DNA of 64,000 bases from Trichosphaerium sp. ATCC 40318 (lineage: Eukaryota > Protista > Tubulinea), in the NCBI GenBank assembly GCA_038496445.1, contig JALMLS010000411.1, positions 124,001 through 188,000 on the forward strand, in the 5' to 3' direction. This document shows, piece after piece, positions 26,056 to 39,324 of this stretch (position 1 is its first letter; every line of letters starts with the position of its first letter). The translations under genes were made by a program, and so were the position numbers. The notes below the pieces were generated by a model. The model saw nothing but the letters and a program-made list of their open reading frames with translations, did not search any database and was not told the origin of the DNA.

Positions 26056-29000
26056 CTACACTATGCCATTTAGCCCTGACCTAACATTGGCAACTAGTTT
26101 TCCAACAGATAGAAGTACTCGCCCTTGAAGCGAGTCTAAACCAGCAGAGACTTCGTCTAAACACAAAAAAGTATCAGCAAAAAAATATTGGAAATGCATT
26201 TTGTCAGCAGTAGAAAACATACCGACGCGCATTTTGGCGTTGCTGATTTCGAAAACAAGCAAAGCTTGAGCTATAGCAAGTTTATCAGATGTAATAGGTT
26301 GTACGAATACAGGGAAAGGTTCACAAGGTACAATCTCTTGAGCATTAACAAGCTCCTATTAAAGTTTAAAAAAAGTCAGCTATTTTCTTTCTTCTTTTGT
26401 CAAAGTTAAAGACAAAAAACAACGAACCTTTTTGATCTGTTTTACAGCAGGAATAAGAGACATAAGCTGAGTAGTTTCAGAAGCATTATTAACTTTCTCT
26501 TGTAGTATAACAATACTATGATTAACTTCTTCAATTATCTCTCTAATACGATTCCTAAGCTTAACCTCAGCTGGTGATGGAGCAGCCTTAGCTGCAGCTG
26601 CAGCTCTAGTAGAAGAATGTAAGTAATGTACTTAGTGACATGTCAAATAAACTTGAACGTACTCTTCCTCTTCACGAAGTCGCTGCTCTTCTGCTTCTTT
26701 TTCAGCAGCTTCCTTTTCTTGCCTTTCCCTCTCTTCTTGTTCAAGACGTTCCTTTTCTTCCTGTTCAAGTCTCTCTTTCTCTTCCTGCTCAAGACGTTCC
26801 TTTTCTTCCTGTTCAAGTCTTTCTTGCTCACGTTGTTCCTCTTCACGTTGTTCTTTTTCGATACGTTCACGTTCTATACGCTCACGTTCAATGCGCTCAA
26901 GCTCTTCACGTTCTTCCTGTTCGCGTTGTTCTTTTTCTACACGTTCACGTTCTTCACGTTCCTCACGCTCCTCACGCTCTCGAAGTTCTTTACGCTCTTG
27001 TTCTTCTCGTTCTTCTTTTTCTTTTCGTTCTTGTTCCTCTTTCCAAATACGCTTTCTTTCACGCTCTTGTTCTTCCTCTTGTTCAAGACGTCTACGCTCT
27101 TCAGCTGCTGCTCTCTCAGCTGCTAATGCAGCTTCACGTTCTTTTTGTTCTATTTCAAGTCGTAGAGCTTCCTCTTCTTTTCTAAGAGCTTCTCTTTCAA
27201 TCTCTTCCTCTATTCTGAGTTCTTCGAGTCTCCTTCTTTCTTCCTTAATACGTTCCTCTTCTCTACGTTTAATCTCTTCTTTATGCTTTCTACGCTCTTC
27301 TTCAAGCATCCTTCTCTCTTCTTCAGCAGCACGCCTTGCTGCTTCATGACGTTTTTGTTCCTCAGCTATTTTGCGGCGAAGTTCTTCGAGTTCTTGTTGC
27401 TCTTCCTTTAAATGACGCCTTGTAGATGCAGCACGTTTCCTCGCCTCTACAAGGTTCTAAAATAACACTTATAAGCAACATACTAACAAACATAAAAAGG
27501 CGCTCAGCACATACATTTTGCTCTTCTTCACGTGCTTGTCTTTCGGCCTCTTCTTTTTTACGATTTTCTTCACGAATGAGGTCTTGTTCTATTTGCCTAC
27601 GCTCTTCTTCAGCTTCCCTCTTTTCATCTTCAATCTTGCGTCTTGCAAGCTCTATTTGCCGTTTCTCTTCTTCTATTTTACGTCTCTCTTCAGCACGCTT
27701 AGCTTGTTCCTAAATAATGTCAATCCATTGCTGTCATATGCAAAAAAATAAAGATTGAAAGAAAGATTGAAAGAACTCAACACGTGCCCTACGCCTCTCT
27801 TCTTCGAGTTTTAACTTTTCGATTTCAAGACGCCTTACTGCTTCCTCTTGCTTTTGCTTAGACCTCTCTGCTTCAAGTTTAGCTTTTTCAGCTTCAAGCT
27901 TTGCTTTTCTTTCATCAGCTTGTTTCTGTCTCTTCTCTACTCTTTCTTTTCGAAGCTTTTCTTCCATTTCTTGTTGACGAAGTCTAGCTTCTCTTCGTTC
28001 TTCCTCTCGCTTCCTTTGTGCAGCACGTCTTTGTTCATGCCTACGCTGTACTACCTCTCTTTTCTTCTGTTCTTCCTTCTCTTGCCGCTAAGCAAATTGT
28101 TTGTAAGCACAAGATTATATCAAGTTTATAATTTTTTGTTCTTACTTCACGTTGCCGTTGTTCAGCAAGAACATCCAGTTCCCTGAGCTTTGCTTCTTCT
28201 TCAGCAATAAATCTTGCTAAATCCTCTTCATCTTCAACATTGCAACCAACAGACTCTCTGTTAGGCTAGAAACAAAAAGATGAGCAAACAAGCAACAAAA
28301 CAATAAAACTACCTCCTTTATGCTGAGAGCACTCTTTGCACTGACACTACTTGTGGCACTCACTCCGCTCTTTGTACTCAAAGAGCTAGCAGAGCTAGAT
28401 ACACTACTTTCATCGTCTGAATCTATATCACTTACTTAGTGCTTTCCAAAGGAAGTTACAATTAGCGCTAGTTAACATACCAGACAACGGCGGTAATGCT
28501 CTCCCTGGACGCTTTCCAGGCCGACCAAATCCAAACTTTGCATTTTGTTTACCTTTGCCCATAACACGTCTAGCACTTGATGCTTTCTTGAGACCCTTAG
28601 GTCCCATACGCTTAACACCAGGACTACCACCTGTCCTATTCTTTACATAACCAGGACGCTTTCCCTTTGGAGATCTAGCATCTAAGAAAAAGAGTTACTA
28701 AGCAAACAACCAAAACCTAAAGTCATTGTATAACCTACTTTTAGCTCTAAACATATTTTTCTTGTTTGGTTTCTTAAAAGGCAACTCTGGACCAGATGCC
28801 TTTCTTGAAAGAGGACCAGATCGTTTGCCTTAAGGAAAGTATTAGAAACATACAACTAGGAATATAGCATACCAGCAAAGCCCTTTTTAAGTGGACGAGG
28901 ACCTTTCTTTAAGCTTCTCTCACTATTCTGCCTTACACCAAAGCGTCCTTTAACAGGTGTCTTTGGAGGCATCTTCTTTGGTGTCTTTGTAGGTGTTTTC

Positions 29001-31594
29001 TTTAATGCATTACGTAATCTCTTAGGAGAACTAACTACAGGCATCTTGCCTTTCAAAGCAGCTTTTCTTGGTGCCTTTGTAGGAGCACGTTTAACGCCTA
29101 TGCCTTTACCTTTCCACATTGGTCTTTTTTTACCAAAACCAGCATTAGAAGGGCCACGACCGGCACCAAATTTAGCGCCCTTGCCCTTTGGTCTACCATA
29201 AGGCCTCTTGGCAAACGTTTTCTTTGGACCACCAAACCTTTTCTTTGGTGCAAATGCATATTTTGGTTTTTTACCAACAGGTGCTCTCTGTTTTGAAGGA
29301 ATAAGTGATAAGTTCGTTTATACTAATGACATTTTGTAGTGAGTACTTACTTTACGTTGTCCAAATGGCTTTCGTGTTGGTAAACGTCTCTTAGGACCTT
29401 TAGAACGCCGTGGACGCTTAGCAGTTGGCTAAAATGCAAGGTTAATTATTAGTATAGAGGTTCAAAGACAAAGTTGTACATGTGATAGTTTGGGTGCTGT
29501 AGGTTTTTTGTTAAATTCAGAAACGGCTTCAGAAGCATTTGTAGCTATTCTTTGCCTTTGTGAAACATTCCTACTCTGCCAACTAGTGGAACCTTAAACT
29601 ATGTTAAAACAAGAATTATTTGTTGATAATTAAACTACTTACTCGTTGAAGGAGGTGCTCTTGTAAACGAAGGTGCAGATCTAAAAATAAAGTGACAAGT
29701 TAGGTTCTCATGTTCAAAGATGCAGGTTTTTAAAACATACTTGGAAGTTGTTGAAGCCGTGTCTTTAGGGCTACTAGGTCCGTCACTCTTTTCGTCTTTT
29801 ATAAATTTTTTGAACCCTCTAAGCTTCCTCATCTTGCGTAAAACCATTTTTGTACCAAGTCCTTTGAAGATTGTTAGTATCCCATTTCAAAAAAAAAAAG
29901 TTTGTATTTTTTTACCTTTCTTTTCGCGCTTGGAGAGTGTTGGGGCATCTGAAGCAGGTGTAGACCCAGCAAATTTACCATTTACTGTAAAAACGAATTT
30001 ATCATCAGTAGACATATTTGTTTGAGCCTTTGTGATTAGTGTATGTACATTAAGCTCAATAAGTTCTACAAGAAAAATCCAATTAAAAAAACAAGAATAA
30101 AAAAGGAAAAATACATACGCCCAGCTGGTGTTGTTCTATATATGCTATGACTTGATGTATCCGAGCCACGTTGTTTTGACATCATATAGTCAAGTACACT
30201 CTTTACAGTAGCTGTAGAAAAATCTATAGGTATCATTTTAGATGTACCATCTTGTAAGTACACCTTAAGTGTTCCCTGAAAATAAGTCAGCAAATTATAA
30301 CAAAATAAAACTTGTGCCTTTGTCTTTTGTGTGTGCGGCTCAATATACTGTAGCCACAACTTTTTTAAGGTACTAGAAGCTGCTTTCAGATTATAAGCAC
30401 GTCCTGTGCCAACAGATTGTAACGCAAATGTCCTCTTGAGAAAGTTAAAAATAGTTTAAAATAGCAACTTTTTTTTTTGAGAAATCGATTTTGTGCGCAC
30501 TTCGTTGCTGTAGCCACTGATTAATTTGAAGTTACTTAGAGCTATTTTATCGAGAGATACCACTTTACGCTATAAATAATGAGTATATTTTGTAAAGAAC
30601 ATAAATAAATTACTAAGAAGGGAAAGCGTTGTACCTCAGAAACATAAATAATTAATTCATTATTTTCTTTTGATAGAAAACAATATCTGTCAAGCCAAAT
30701 TCCTGAGTCTTGTACTTTCATTAAACTTCCTTGTACAATATCAACCTCTTTGGTATCTATAGATCCCCCTTTTGATAGTATAAATAAGATAAAACTACGA
30801 GTGTTATAATTCAAAAATGACGTACAAGAAGTTGAGAGTTCACTTTTTGATGACATCTCGGAATTTGTTGAAAAACTCGAGTCAGTTTTACGTAAGCGAC
30901 TTGGTACAGCAGATGCATTTCTAAGAGATCCTGTACTCTCTGAGAGCTTTGATGTTGTTTCACTATCTGTTTGCGACTCAGATTCAGCTTACAAAATAGT
31001 TAGTAAGGCGTAAATAATTCGCAAAAAAAAAGAGCTCAGTCAGTTTATCGAAACTACCAAAAAAAGTGCAAGACAAAAGTTTTCGATAAAAAAAAACCAC
31101 CAACTAAAAGGCGTATTGGCCGAACTTTGCAACGTTCAAGACGGAAGCTAACAGATTACAGATTTAATTTACGTACTATTTAGAAACTCTAACAAGTCAT
31201 TATAACTCTCTCCACCTTCTTCTTTAAGCGGTACAGCATCTAAAAGTTTGTTACTAATAAAATAAAACAAATACGAAAACAGCAACAAATACACGCAATT
31301 TTGTCAAAACAGGAAATACGATGCGTGGTTACCGCTAGTTTGGTATTAAAAGCGTTTTATTTTCTCGTACCATTTGTTGCGGAATCAGGCGCAAGTAAGC
31401 TTGCTGCTATAGAGTCTAGGCACGGTTAGACGCTCGCGGATTAACAAAAACGATTGTTTGTTTTTAGTTTACAAAAACGGATTACTCAAAGCGTTCGAAA
31501 CTGAGTGTGACTCGTAAAACGTACCGAATTCTTCGCCTGCTGCGTCAGTTGAATTCATCAGAGCCTCAAAGTCAGCCACATACGACTGGTCCAT
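26056..31594 (-). CDS. Large protein: PH domain, Ras-association/ubiquitin-like domain, basic low-complexity region, long E/R/K single-alpha-helix/coiled coil
   Basis: PH-like: IVQGSLMKV...WLDRYCFL...YNLKAAS...KLWLQYI. RA-like: TLKVYLQDGTSKMIPID...VKSVLDYM. K/P/G/R-rich exons and >300 aa of ER/K repeats. Confidence 0.75.
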
Positions 31595-32216
31595 ATTTTA
31601 CAGCAAATTGTTGATACAGAGACCTAAATTAAGGTCAGGAGCGCTTTACTTTTAAACCAGCTCAAGATCTTGTCGAATGAATCAAAATACGTCACAATGC
31701 GCTCAAATCGCTCAAAAACACCAGAACAAATATTATGTGATGCGCTAGTAACAGTTTCGGTACAAAAATAAACGTACTCGGCTATAACATGTACAGTAAC
31801 AATTTACAACGCCACCAAGTGTCAACCAACCGAATAGTTAAACTTCTTACAAAAGGAAACTTTTTGACAAAACGAGGTTAAAAAATGATGTTTCGTTTTT
31901 CTCTGGTTTTCAGAAAGTTTCCTAGCTGTGAAGCCAGTCTACCACCAAGAGTAAGACAAAAATACGAAAATACGCGCCTTCGCAACCTTCTGGCGCTCTA
32001 TTGGAGCTCCACAATTGCAAATTGTTTTAGCTGAAAACTAAGTTCTGACAAAATCTTCACACCTAGATCAAGTTTGTATGAGCGCTATAAGCCTTGTGCT
32101 TGCTACATCAATATTGTACTCGCTTAACGTAGCTTTCAGTGACTCAGCGCTAACTGTTAATTTCTCAAAAAAAGTACCACTGTCTACACCAATAAACAAA
32201 AGTAACGCTACAAAGC

Positions 32217-33930
32217 ATGGCAGCTCAACCGTTAAAAAAAGAGCGTATTGAATCAGTTATCCTTGGTTTAGCAGTTGGAGGTACGTTATATATAGCTAAA
32301 ACGCAGAGCTAACGCATAAAGTAGACGCACTAGGCTCCACAAGGTACAAACTCAGCGAAATAATTCGCTAAAATAGCTAACCGAACAAACAGCGAATTTC
32401 AAATACCCTGGGAAGTCCCAAAGCTATTTACAACAGTAAGCATCCCCAACGAATTAAAAATTGTGAATAACATGAAGTAGTACCCTGGATGGCCTCGAAA
32501 GGTACTCTTAGAATACTCAATACTTGTACCAACGTGTACGTAGCAAGTAGGAGGCGGAAAAGGGCGCTGGAAAGTCGGACAAGCCACGGACGATACAGTA
32601 TGTGCTTCCACGTGTTTGCAAGTATTTCTAATCTGTCCAAACAAGATAATGGCAATGTGCATCCTTCGTGCTATTGAGAAGAAACATGGCTTTGATCCTT
32701 CAGAGATAGCCAGCAATTTCGTTAAATGGAAGCAGTCTGGTCCTCCTGATATTGGTATGTTTAAAATCCTATTCAGAACACGTGCTGATATTGTTTTCAA
32801 GGATGTACAACTGCTTTATCACTTCAAGTTGCATCCTCCCATTTACCTGAAGGATGGTTTGAAGGTGGCCTGGATAGGTATAACCATAACAAAAGTGGTG
32901 CAGCAAATGGATCCCTTATGCGGAACGGACCCATCCCAGCACGTTCGTGACTACACTTAGTTGCTTTGTTCTTATTAACGGTATGCTAACGTTTGCAGTT
33001 TACTACCTGGAGCCAATACATGTGCTTATAGAGTACACTGTCAAACATGGCATGATAACACATTGGGGTCCCTTACCTACTTTATGGTAAACACTAGTTT
33101 TCAAAGAAGTTGTAATCGACTAACTTTGTTTTAAATAGTTGTGTCATTCATTCTGTGTTGATAGCTAGTGCTATGACAAAAGATGTCAAAGACTTAAAGC
33201 CTCCAACGCTTAGCGATATTCAAGGTATTCTTGATGGACCTTGGAAAGATTGGAAAGAACAAACTAAAGATCCAATATGCAAAAAGTGGCTTGCAAGCAT
33301 GGGCAAAAGTCTAGGTAACACCTAGTCGGTATTTTATCTTCTCTTATACCTTGGTTAGTAAACAAAGAAATACAGCTGATGAAAGAGTTGAAAGACTTTG
33401 AAAAATACGACCCTTGGCACCAGGTGAACAATTGTTTGAAAACTTTACTTGTTTATTTATTTATTAATATCCTTTAGGACTACCGTGGTAGGTCAGGGTA
33501 TTGTGTTCTTACTTTGAGGATTTCATTGTGGTCGCTTTATTGGAGTTTTCAGGTACAGGATTACTAGTGATGCTTACTAAACTTATACAAGACTACACAT
33601 CCAAAAATTGCCGAATGGCTTCCTGAAGATATTTTCAACGAGCACGGTTTCAACGCAATCATGTGGGTTGTGACTATTGGCGCAGATGCAGATACTTACG
33701 GCGCAACAGCAGGTAGTAATAAATACTGATGTAATGCACTAACTTTCGCTTCAACAAGGTGCTCTCTTAGGTGCATTCCAACCGAACGTTCCATCTAACT
33801 TCACAGACAATCTTGAAGTACTTGACGAGGTTGGTTTACGGAACTTTCTTTTTCAGTTGGTTATCTTAACAACCTTTTTTTTCAGGTGAAAACACTTGTT
33901 CGGAAGATTTTGGGGAACAGCAAAAACTGA
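32217..33930 (+). CDS. ADP-ribosylglycohydrolase (ARH/DraG family)
   Basis: GLAVGDALG, GQATDDT, PPDIG, AANGSLMR and GADADTYGATAGALLGA motifs across many small exons. Confidence 0.92.
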
Positions 33931-34046
33931 ATATTTGAGGCTCGTTTTGGTATATATCATATCACGTGATAAATCATGTGAACAAAATAAATTCAGAAAA
34001 TGGAAACACATTTATTAAACAGTTATTTTTGGTTTTATTTATTTGT

Positions 34047-35444
34047 TTATTCGCATACAGCGCACATACAACGGTCGTTTTGAATAGGACCAAAGCAACC
34101 AAGTGGGTTAACAAATCCGAGTTCATTTAGGATCTCAAGACATTGTTGGTCGTGACAACCGCTTGCGCTTGTAGAATCACGCTCACATGTGCTGTCAGTG
34201 ATATCAGGGTCTTCAGTAACACACATACACTTGCTCATTTCGTTACCTGTTACAACAAATAAGCATCACAAAAACACGTGTTTGTTGAATTTGTTCGAAA
34301 TAAAACGTACCTGCTGCGTCGAATGTAAAGACTTGTTTACAGAAAGTAGACATTAGAGGTGTTCCTCTTTTTTCGCAATTTCTGTCTTCACAGCCGTCTG
34401 GAGTTGCTACACAGCAAGGCTCCTCCTTTGGTCTACTATCACATAGTGTACAATAGCAGTTTTCTTCTGGAGCGTCGGTCTTGCAACATCCGATTGGATC
34501 AGTAACACCGAGCATTGTCAACATTTGAAGACATTGGTTGTCCTTGCATTCTCCAGTACTTTGTTGTAATTTACAAGTGCCTTCTCGTCTATCTGGGTCC
34601 TCTGGCACACAAGCACAAACAGGGTCAAGTCCACCAGTTTCTAAAAAAAAGAACATAAGTTTTGAGTGTACTCAAGAGGAGATTGTAAAACTCAATGCGT
34701 ACCCTCGTTCTTAACGTATTTCTTTATACAGAAGGTTGGCATGCCAATTGAAGCTCCCTTCAATCCACAACCGTCATCGACACATTGGCCTTGAGCAGTT
34801 AGTCTACAACAACCCTCCTCAGGTGTTGGAGGTTTTGTTGGAGGTCTTGTTGGAGGTCTTGTTGGAGCTCTTGTTGGAGCTCTTGTTGTTGGAGGTCTTG
34901 TTGGAGGCCTGGTTGGAGGTCTTGTTGGAGGTCTGGTTGGAGCTCTCGTTGTTGGAGGTTTTGTTGGAGGCCTGGTTGGAGCTCTCGTTGGTGGATCAGT
35001 TTGATCGCAACAACAACAGGCACATTCTACTGACGCTTTGTAAAATATATTATTAGGACAGCACTCTAACTCGAAGCGATCCGTTGTTTTCTTGCATTCG
35101 CCAACTTCAGTTATAGGTTTACCCAAACTAGCACAAATACTGCACACAAAGTTAGAAGGGTATTGTCAAGTAAAACATCGGGCTCCCCGATCTGAAAAAC
35201 AAGAACTTGTGATAATGTTATTACGTACGCTTCGCATTCTGCTTTTGCTGCGTTTTGAGCTGTATCACATGCTTCGTTTTCATCGCAATCGCTATCAACA
35301 TGAACACCTGAGAGGATTGGAATACAAGAGCTTGATATCTAGGAAGAAGTTTTAATAGGTGCGCTTTATGTGGCGTAATATTCGGCGTACCAAGCCTATA
35401 AATGAGAGAGCTATGAGCGACAAAAGAAGTTTTGTGTTGGTCAT
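34047..35444 (-). CDS. Secreted Cys-rich modular protein with Pro/Thr (PTRPPT) mucin-like linker
   Basis: Signal peptide MTNTKLLLSLIALSFIG; duplicated modules CC...GC.D..C...G.....TFC and C.D.QCL..L..LG...P.GC; tandem PTR(A/P)/PTKP repeats at about 34825-34995. Confidence 0.8.
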
Positions 35445-37568
35445 CGGGTAAGTTTAAAAATATGGTTTGTTCTCGCAGCGAAAAGGGTCCGAATTTACAT
35501 TATCTGTACGTTCAATAAACAGAAAAAATTCATGTGAACCGACGTGGAGGTTCGATTTGGTGCCACGTAAGCGAAACTAGAGTACGGAGAGATTTTTAGA
35601 CGAAGTAAAAACTGTGGTTTAATTGTGAGTTGTTACGTAACGCTTTACTGCATCACGTGGCTTGAAAAACTTCTGATTTTCGCGCATAAAACTCATTTTG
35701 CATTGAATATTGAGTCATTTCGTTAGTTTGTGAATCCTTTTTGATGAGGGCCGAAAAAGACTTTTTGAAACAACGTGCTAACCTTTTTTACAAATTGTTC
35801 CAAATTTTTTTTTCTCGCAAAATTCAATAAAAACCCAAACAGAAACGCAAATTCACGTGCTTCACAAATTTTCGCTAGTTTATACTTTGACCTAATTTGC
35901 AGCTTAAAATTTGCGTGGCTTTGTCCAGGACGTCTTTATGATGTGGCATGAAAATTACGAGTTTCCTAGCAAGGCCAACAGTGCGAAATACAAAATTGCG
36001 AGCTATAATTGCAAGGAGCTTCTTGTGTTTGTTGCTGTCGCAACACTCCTGAAAATCACAATACGCTTCAACTTCAGATAAAGTACTTCGTCTCAAGAAA
36101 GCATAGTTTCACTAGCTCGTTGTCAAGCTATTTTAGATGAAAAGGAAGGCATGTCTTTCAATAAAATGAGCTATTGTCGGAGGTTCACACCAGCAAGTGG
36201 TTCATTTAACCAGCTCAAACTGAGGTCACGACAAAGCCTACAATTAATGTCATACTGGTTTTTTCGTGCAAACAGAACAAGTTAGATTCACGCGTTCTTG
36301 TTGATCTACAATACCAGATTGGATAGACTACGTCTCACTCAGCTTCGATCCCCTGGATCACGTAGCCAGAGACCCTTCCATTTATTAAATTGGAGTTATC
36401 TCTTGTACACATACAACAAATTACATAAATCAATTGAAGCATTCAATATTCAATCCATTAACAAAAACTTTTGAATCGTAATCTGCCATTGTATAGAACT
36501 GCTACTTGCTGATGTTGTTTTACGATACTAACGTATTTAAAGAACTACCTCTCACTTATCAAACGCCAGTAAAATACTTATTTATACTGTCATAAATGTA
36601 CAGCATCTGTACCAATAGTTTCTGCTTTTTTTCTTAATACGAACCCATTACGGGCTACTAAAACAGTTAAAGTTCTAACACTCTCATGAGTGTATTAGAT
36701 CAAGAAGATTGTATGACTGTGAGAGTGTATATGTTAATAGGATCTCTTTCTTTCTTCTATCAACTAACCAAGGAACACTAACTATAAACGATGTTGGGGA
36801 AGAAAAAATGTCTTGTGGCGCTGCGATTGAAAAGGAAATTTTAGGGTGGGATGTGGGTGATTGCTGCTCCCCATGTTGTTTATACGCTTTGTAGGGCTGT
36901 TGCTGATTTATACAAAGTCCACTGAAGTTTACCCAAACGTCTGTAGCGGAGTAAAACACGTGTACAGCCATGAGGTTTCACTGTTACTGTTTCATGGAAC
37001 TGATTTTAGTAGGTATGCCAAAGCGTGTATGCTTCCTTACGCTAAAGTAGGATTGCAAATAATACACCACCAGCGAAGGTATTGTCAAGTCACGTCAAGT
37101 TAACGCTATTGCACGTGGTTTTTTTTTGTTGAGTAAGGAACAGTTACAGATTTATGTCAAACTCTGGTACAGGAACCATTTACGCCACACTCGTAACACG
37201 TTGTGCATGTTTACCAGGGTATCGGCTTGTTGAGAGCGGTTTGCATGACGCCTTTCCACGTGGTATAAAGTTACTATATTAAGAAAACCGTTAGCTTGAC
37301 ATGGCTTGACAATCGCTGCCCAGTAGCAGTGGAAAGAGTTCGACAATACGAAACGGCATTTTCTATATTTTTTTCATAAATGGTCAAACAATGATGTTTC
37401 ATTATTTCAGATTAATGCACTTAAAATCGCTAGGCTGCTTTACCACAAGTAGCATGTATCCGTTGTACATATTTTAAGTCGGAAAAATCCCTTGTTTATC
37501 AAAAGGGAAAGGTGTTAAAATTGAATAAAATTACTAAGTTCTAGTAAACTAGAAATTTATGTATTGTT

Positions 37569-37933
37569 TTATTTAGCATATTTTGCAAATGTCAAGTAAG
37601 TTTGTCCGTGGAATACTTCACTTATGAGCTTAAACCCTTGGTTTAAAAAGTATTCAATTAGCAGTGTCGGTAATACGAGCGAGTGCACAGTGCATTTAGC
37701 ACCTTTTAGAACCAATTCACCGTCTGAAGTACTCCATTTTATCTTCTCTTTATTCTTTGTTCCTGATCTCTCTACTATCGCGTCGCGTAGTCCTTCACTA
37801 TACTTCTTGACAGAGTTTGTACAGTGTATGGAACATGATTTAACCGTAATTGCTAGCACAAGTGGTGAGATAAACCGTACTTTCGAAAACAACTTTTGTG
37901 ATTACCTAAACGCATTCGAATTACTTCTGCCAT
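37569..37933 (-). CDS. Small hypothetical protein (weak resemblance to GFRP/KCTD-H1 C-terminus)
   Basis: ATG at 37933 (MAEVIRMRL) and a GTAATC donor, then an open exon ending LIEYFLNQGFKLISEVFHGQTYLTFAKYAK*. Confidence 0.5.
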
Positions 37934-39324
37934 CAGAGGTGTTGTTACGTGTATGTGTTGGTACTTGTTATGTTATTTTAAAATTAGATTAAGTCAATCC
38001 AACAATCACGTGACTATAATTTTCACTCTGCTTTATAAACTACTGTACGTTACATGCTTTCTTGTTTTTCAGGTCTACCTAAAAAAGAAATATCTTGTGT
38101 GAACTGATGGCTTTTGGGTTACCCATTCAACATTACCCATATCAATCAACGCTTTCTATCGTAGCTAGAACTATTGAATTGATATTCTTTGACACTGCGC
38201 AACGCAGTTCTATTCATCAACGGTTTTTTGTCTTCGTTTTGCCAGTAAATACAGATTCAAAGCAACGTACGTACCTTCTAATACTGCCTGCTGTAGCCGT
38301 TTCGCCTGTAACACCACAGCTAATAGATGCTGATTTTACCTATAACAAGCGACACGTACTGACAACAGACAGGGAGCAGTAGTATATTACGTATGGTTTT
38401 GCTATGGTTCCCTTAACAACCCAACTGAGCCTGTAGAGACGTTGTGATTATCTAAAATTCTTTTTGCAAAAAAAGCCAGTTTCTGCCCTATCTGACGGAT
38501 TTGACACTTCTGACAGGTCTTTGCAAATATCATTTTTTAAATATGATAATGAATCCAACCGTTTCAACCCACGTGATTTAACAGACCTCTTGCAAAATTT
38601 TTATTTATATATTTGGACACCTGGCCGCGTTTATAAAACCTACAGTAACACTGGTGGTGTTTTGAGGAGGTTTTAACGGTTTTATTCCTGCCTTGCTGTT
38701 TGGATGCTGCCATAGTGCTTTTGTGTGCGTGGGTAGGCGCTAGCGCTAGTAAGTTATACACGTACGTTTATTTTTTGAAGCATTACATACAGCAAACAGT
38801 GTTTGAGGCATTCATACCGTGTTTGGCGGTAGTGCTATATATTTGTAGTACATCGTACCATTTTTAATTCACTTTTAGCTCATTGAACACTTTTGTGGTA
38901 TGTAAAATACTGCGATGGTTCTATTGAAAACTGACATTGACAAGTTGCTATCACTTAAGGTACGTAAGTCCTACTATGAAGGCAACAAAAATGTCAGATC
39001 TTGCTAGATCTGCTAAAAGCTCTAGACACTCACTTTCTAGAAATAAAACTTGAATGAGCCAGATAATAATTGGTAACATAACTGGCAAGTTGTGTTCCCT
39101 TCTTTTGCCATGCTTTTGAGATGACTAAAATATCATGAGATATTAATAGAGACAAAGCTTGGTGGATGCAGTTATGTCTACTTTCACATTATATCCTCAT
39201 CAGTCCAATTCAACACCTCAACCAACAACAGAACCTACAATGCCAACAGCTCTATTCTTAGACTTTTTCGCCTTATTATTACACGTGCTTTGCCGTCACC
39301 ATTTTTTTGGTACCGCGTTGCATT

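Noticed and set aside
26626-28186. Long + strand ORFs rich in F/L/S
   Set aside because: Antisense shadows of the E/R/K-rich exons on the minus strand.
35450-37500. Several 60-95 aa ORFs in a 2-kb gap
   Set aside because: No recognisable motifs or consistent splice model.
38060-39300. Short ORFs and scattered GTACGT donors
   Set aside because: Could not assemble a coherent reading frame.
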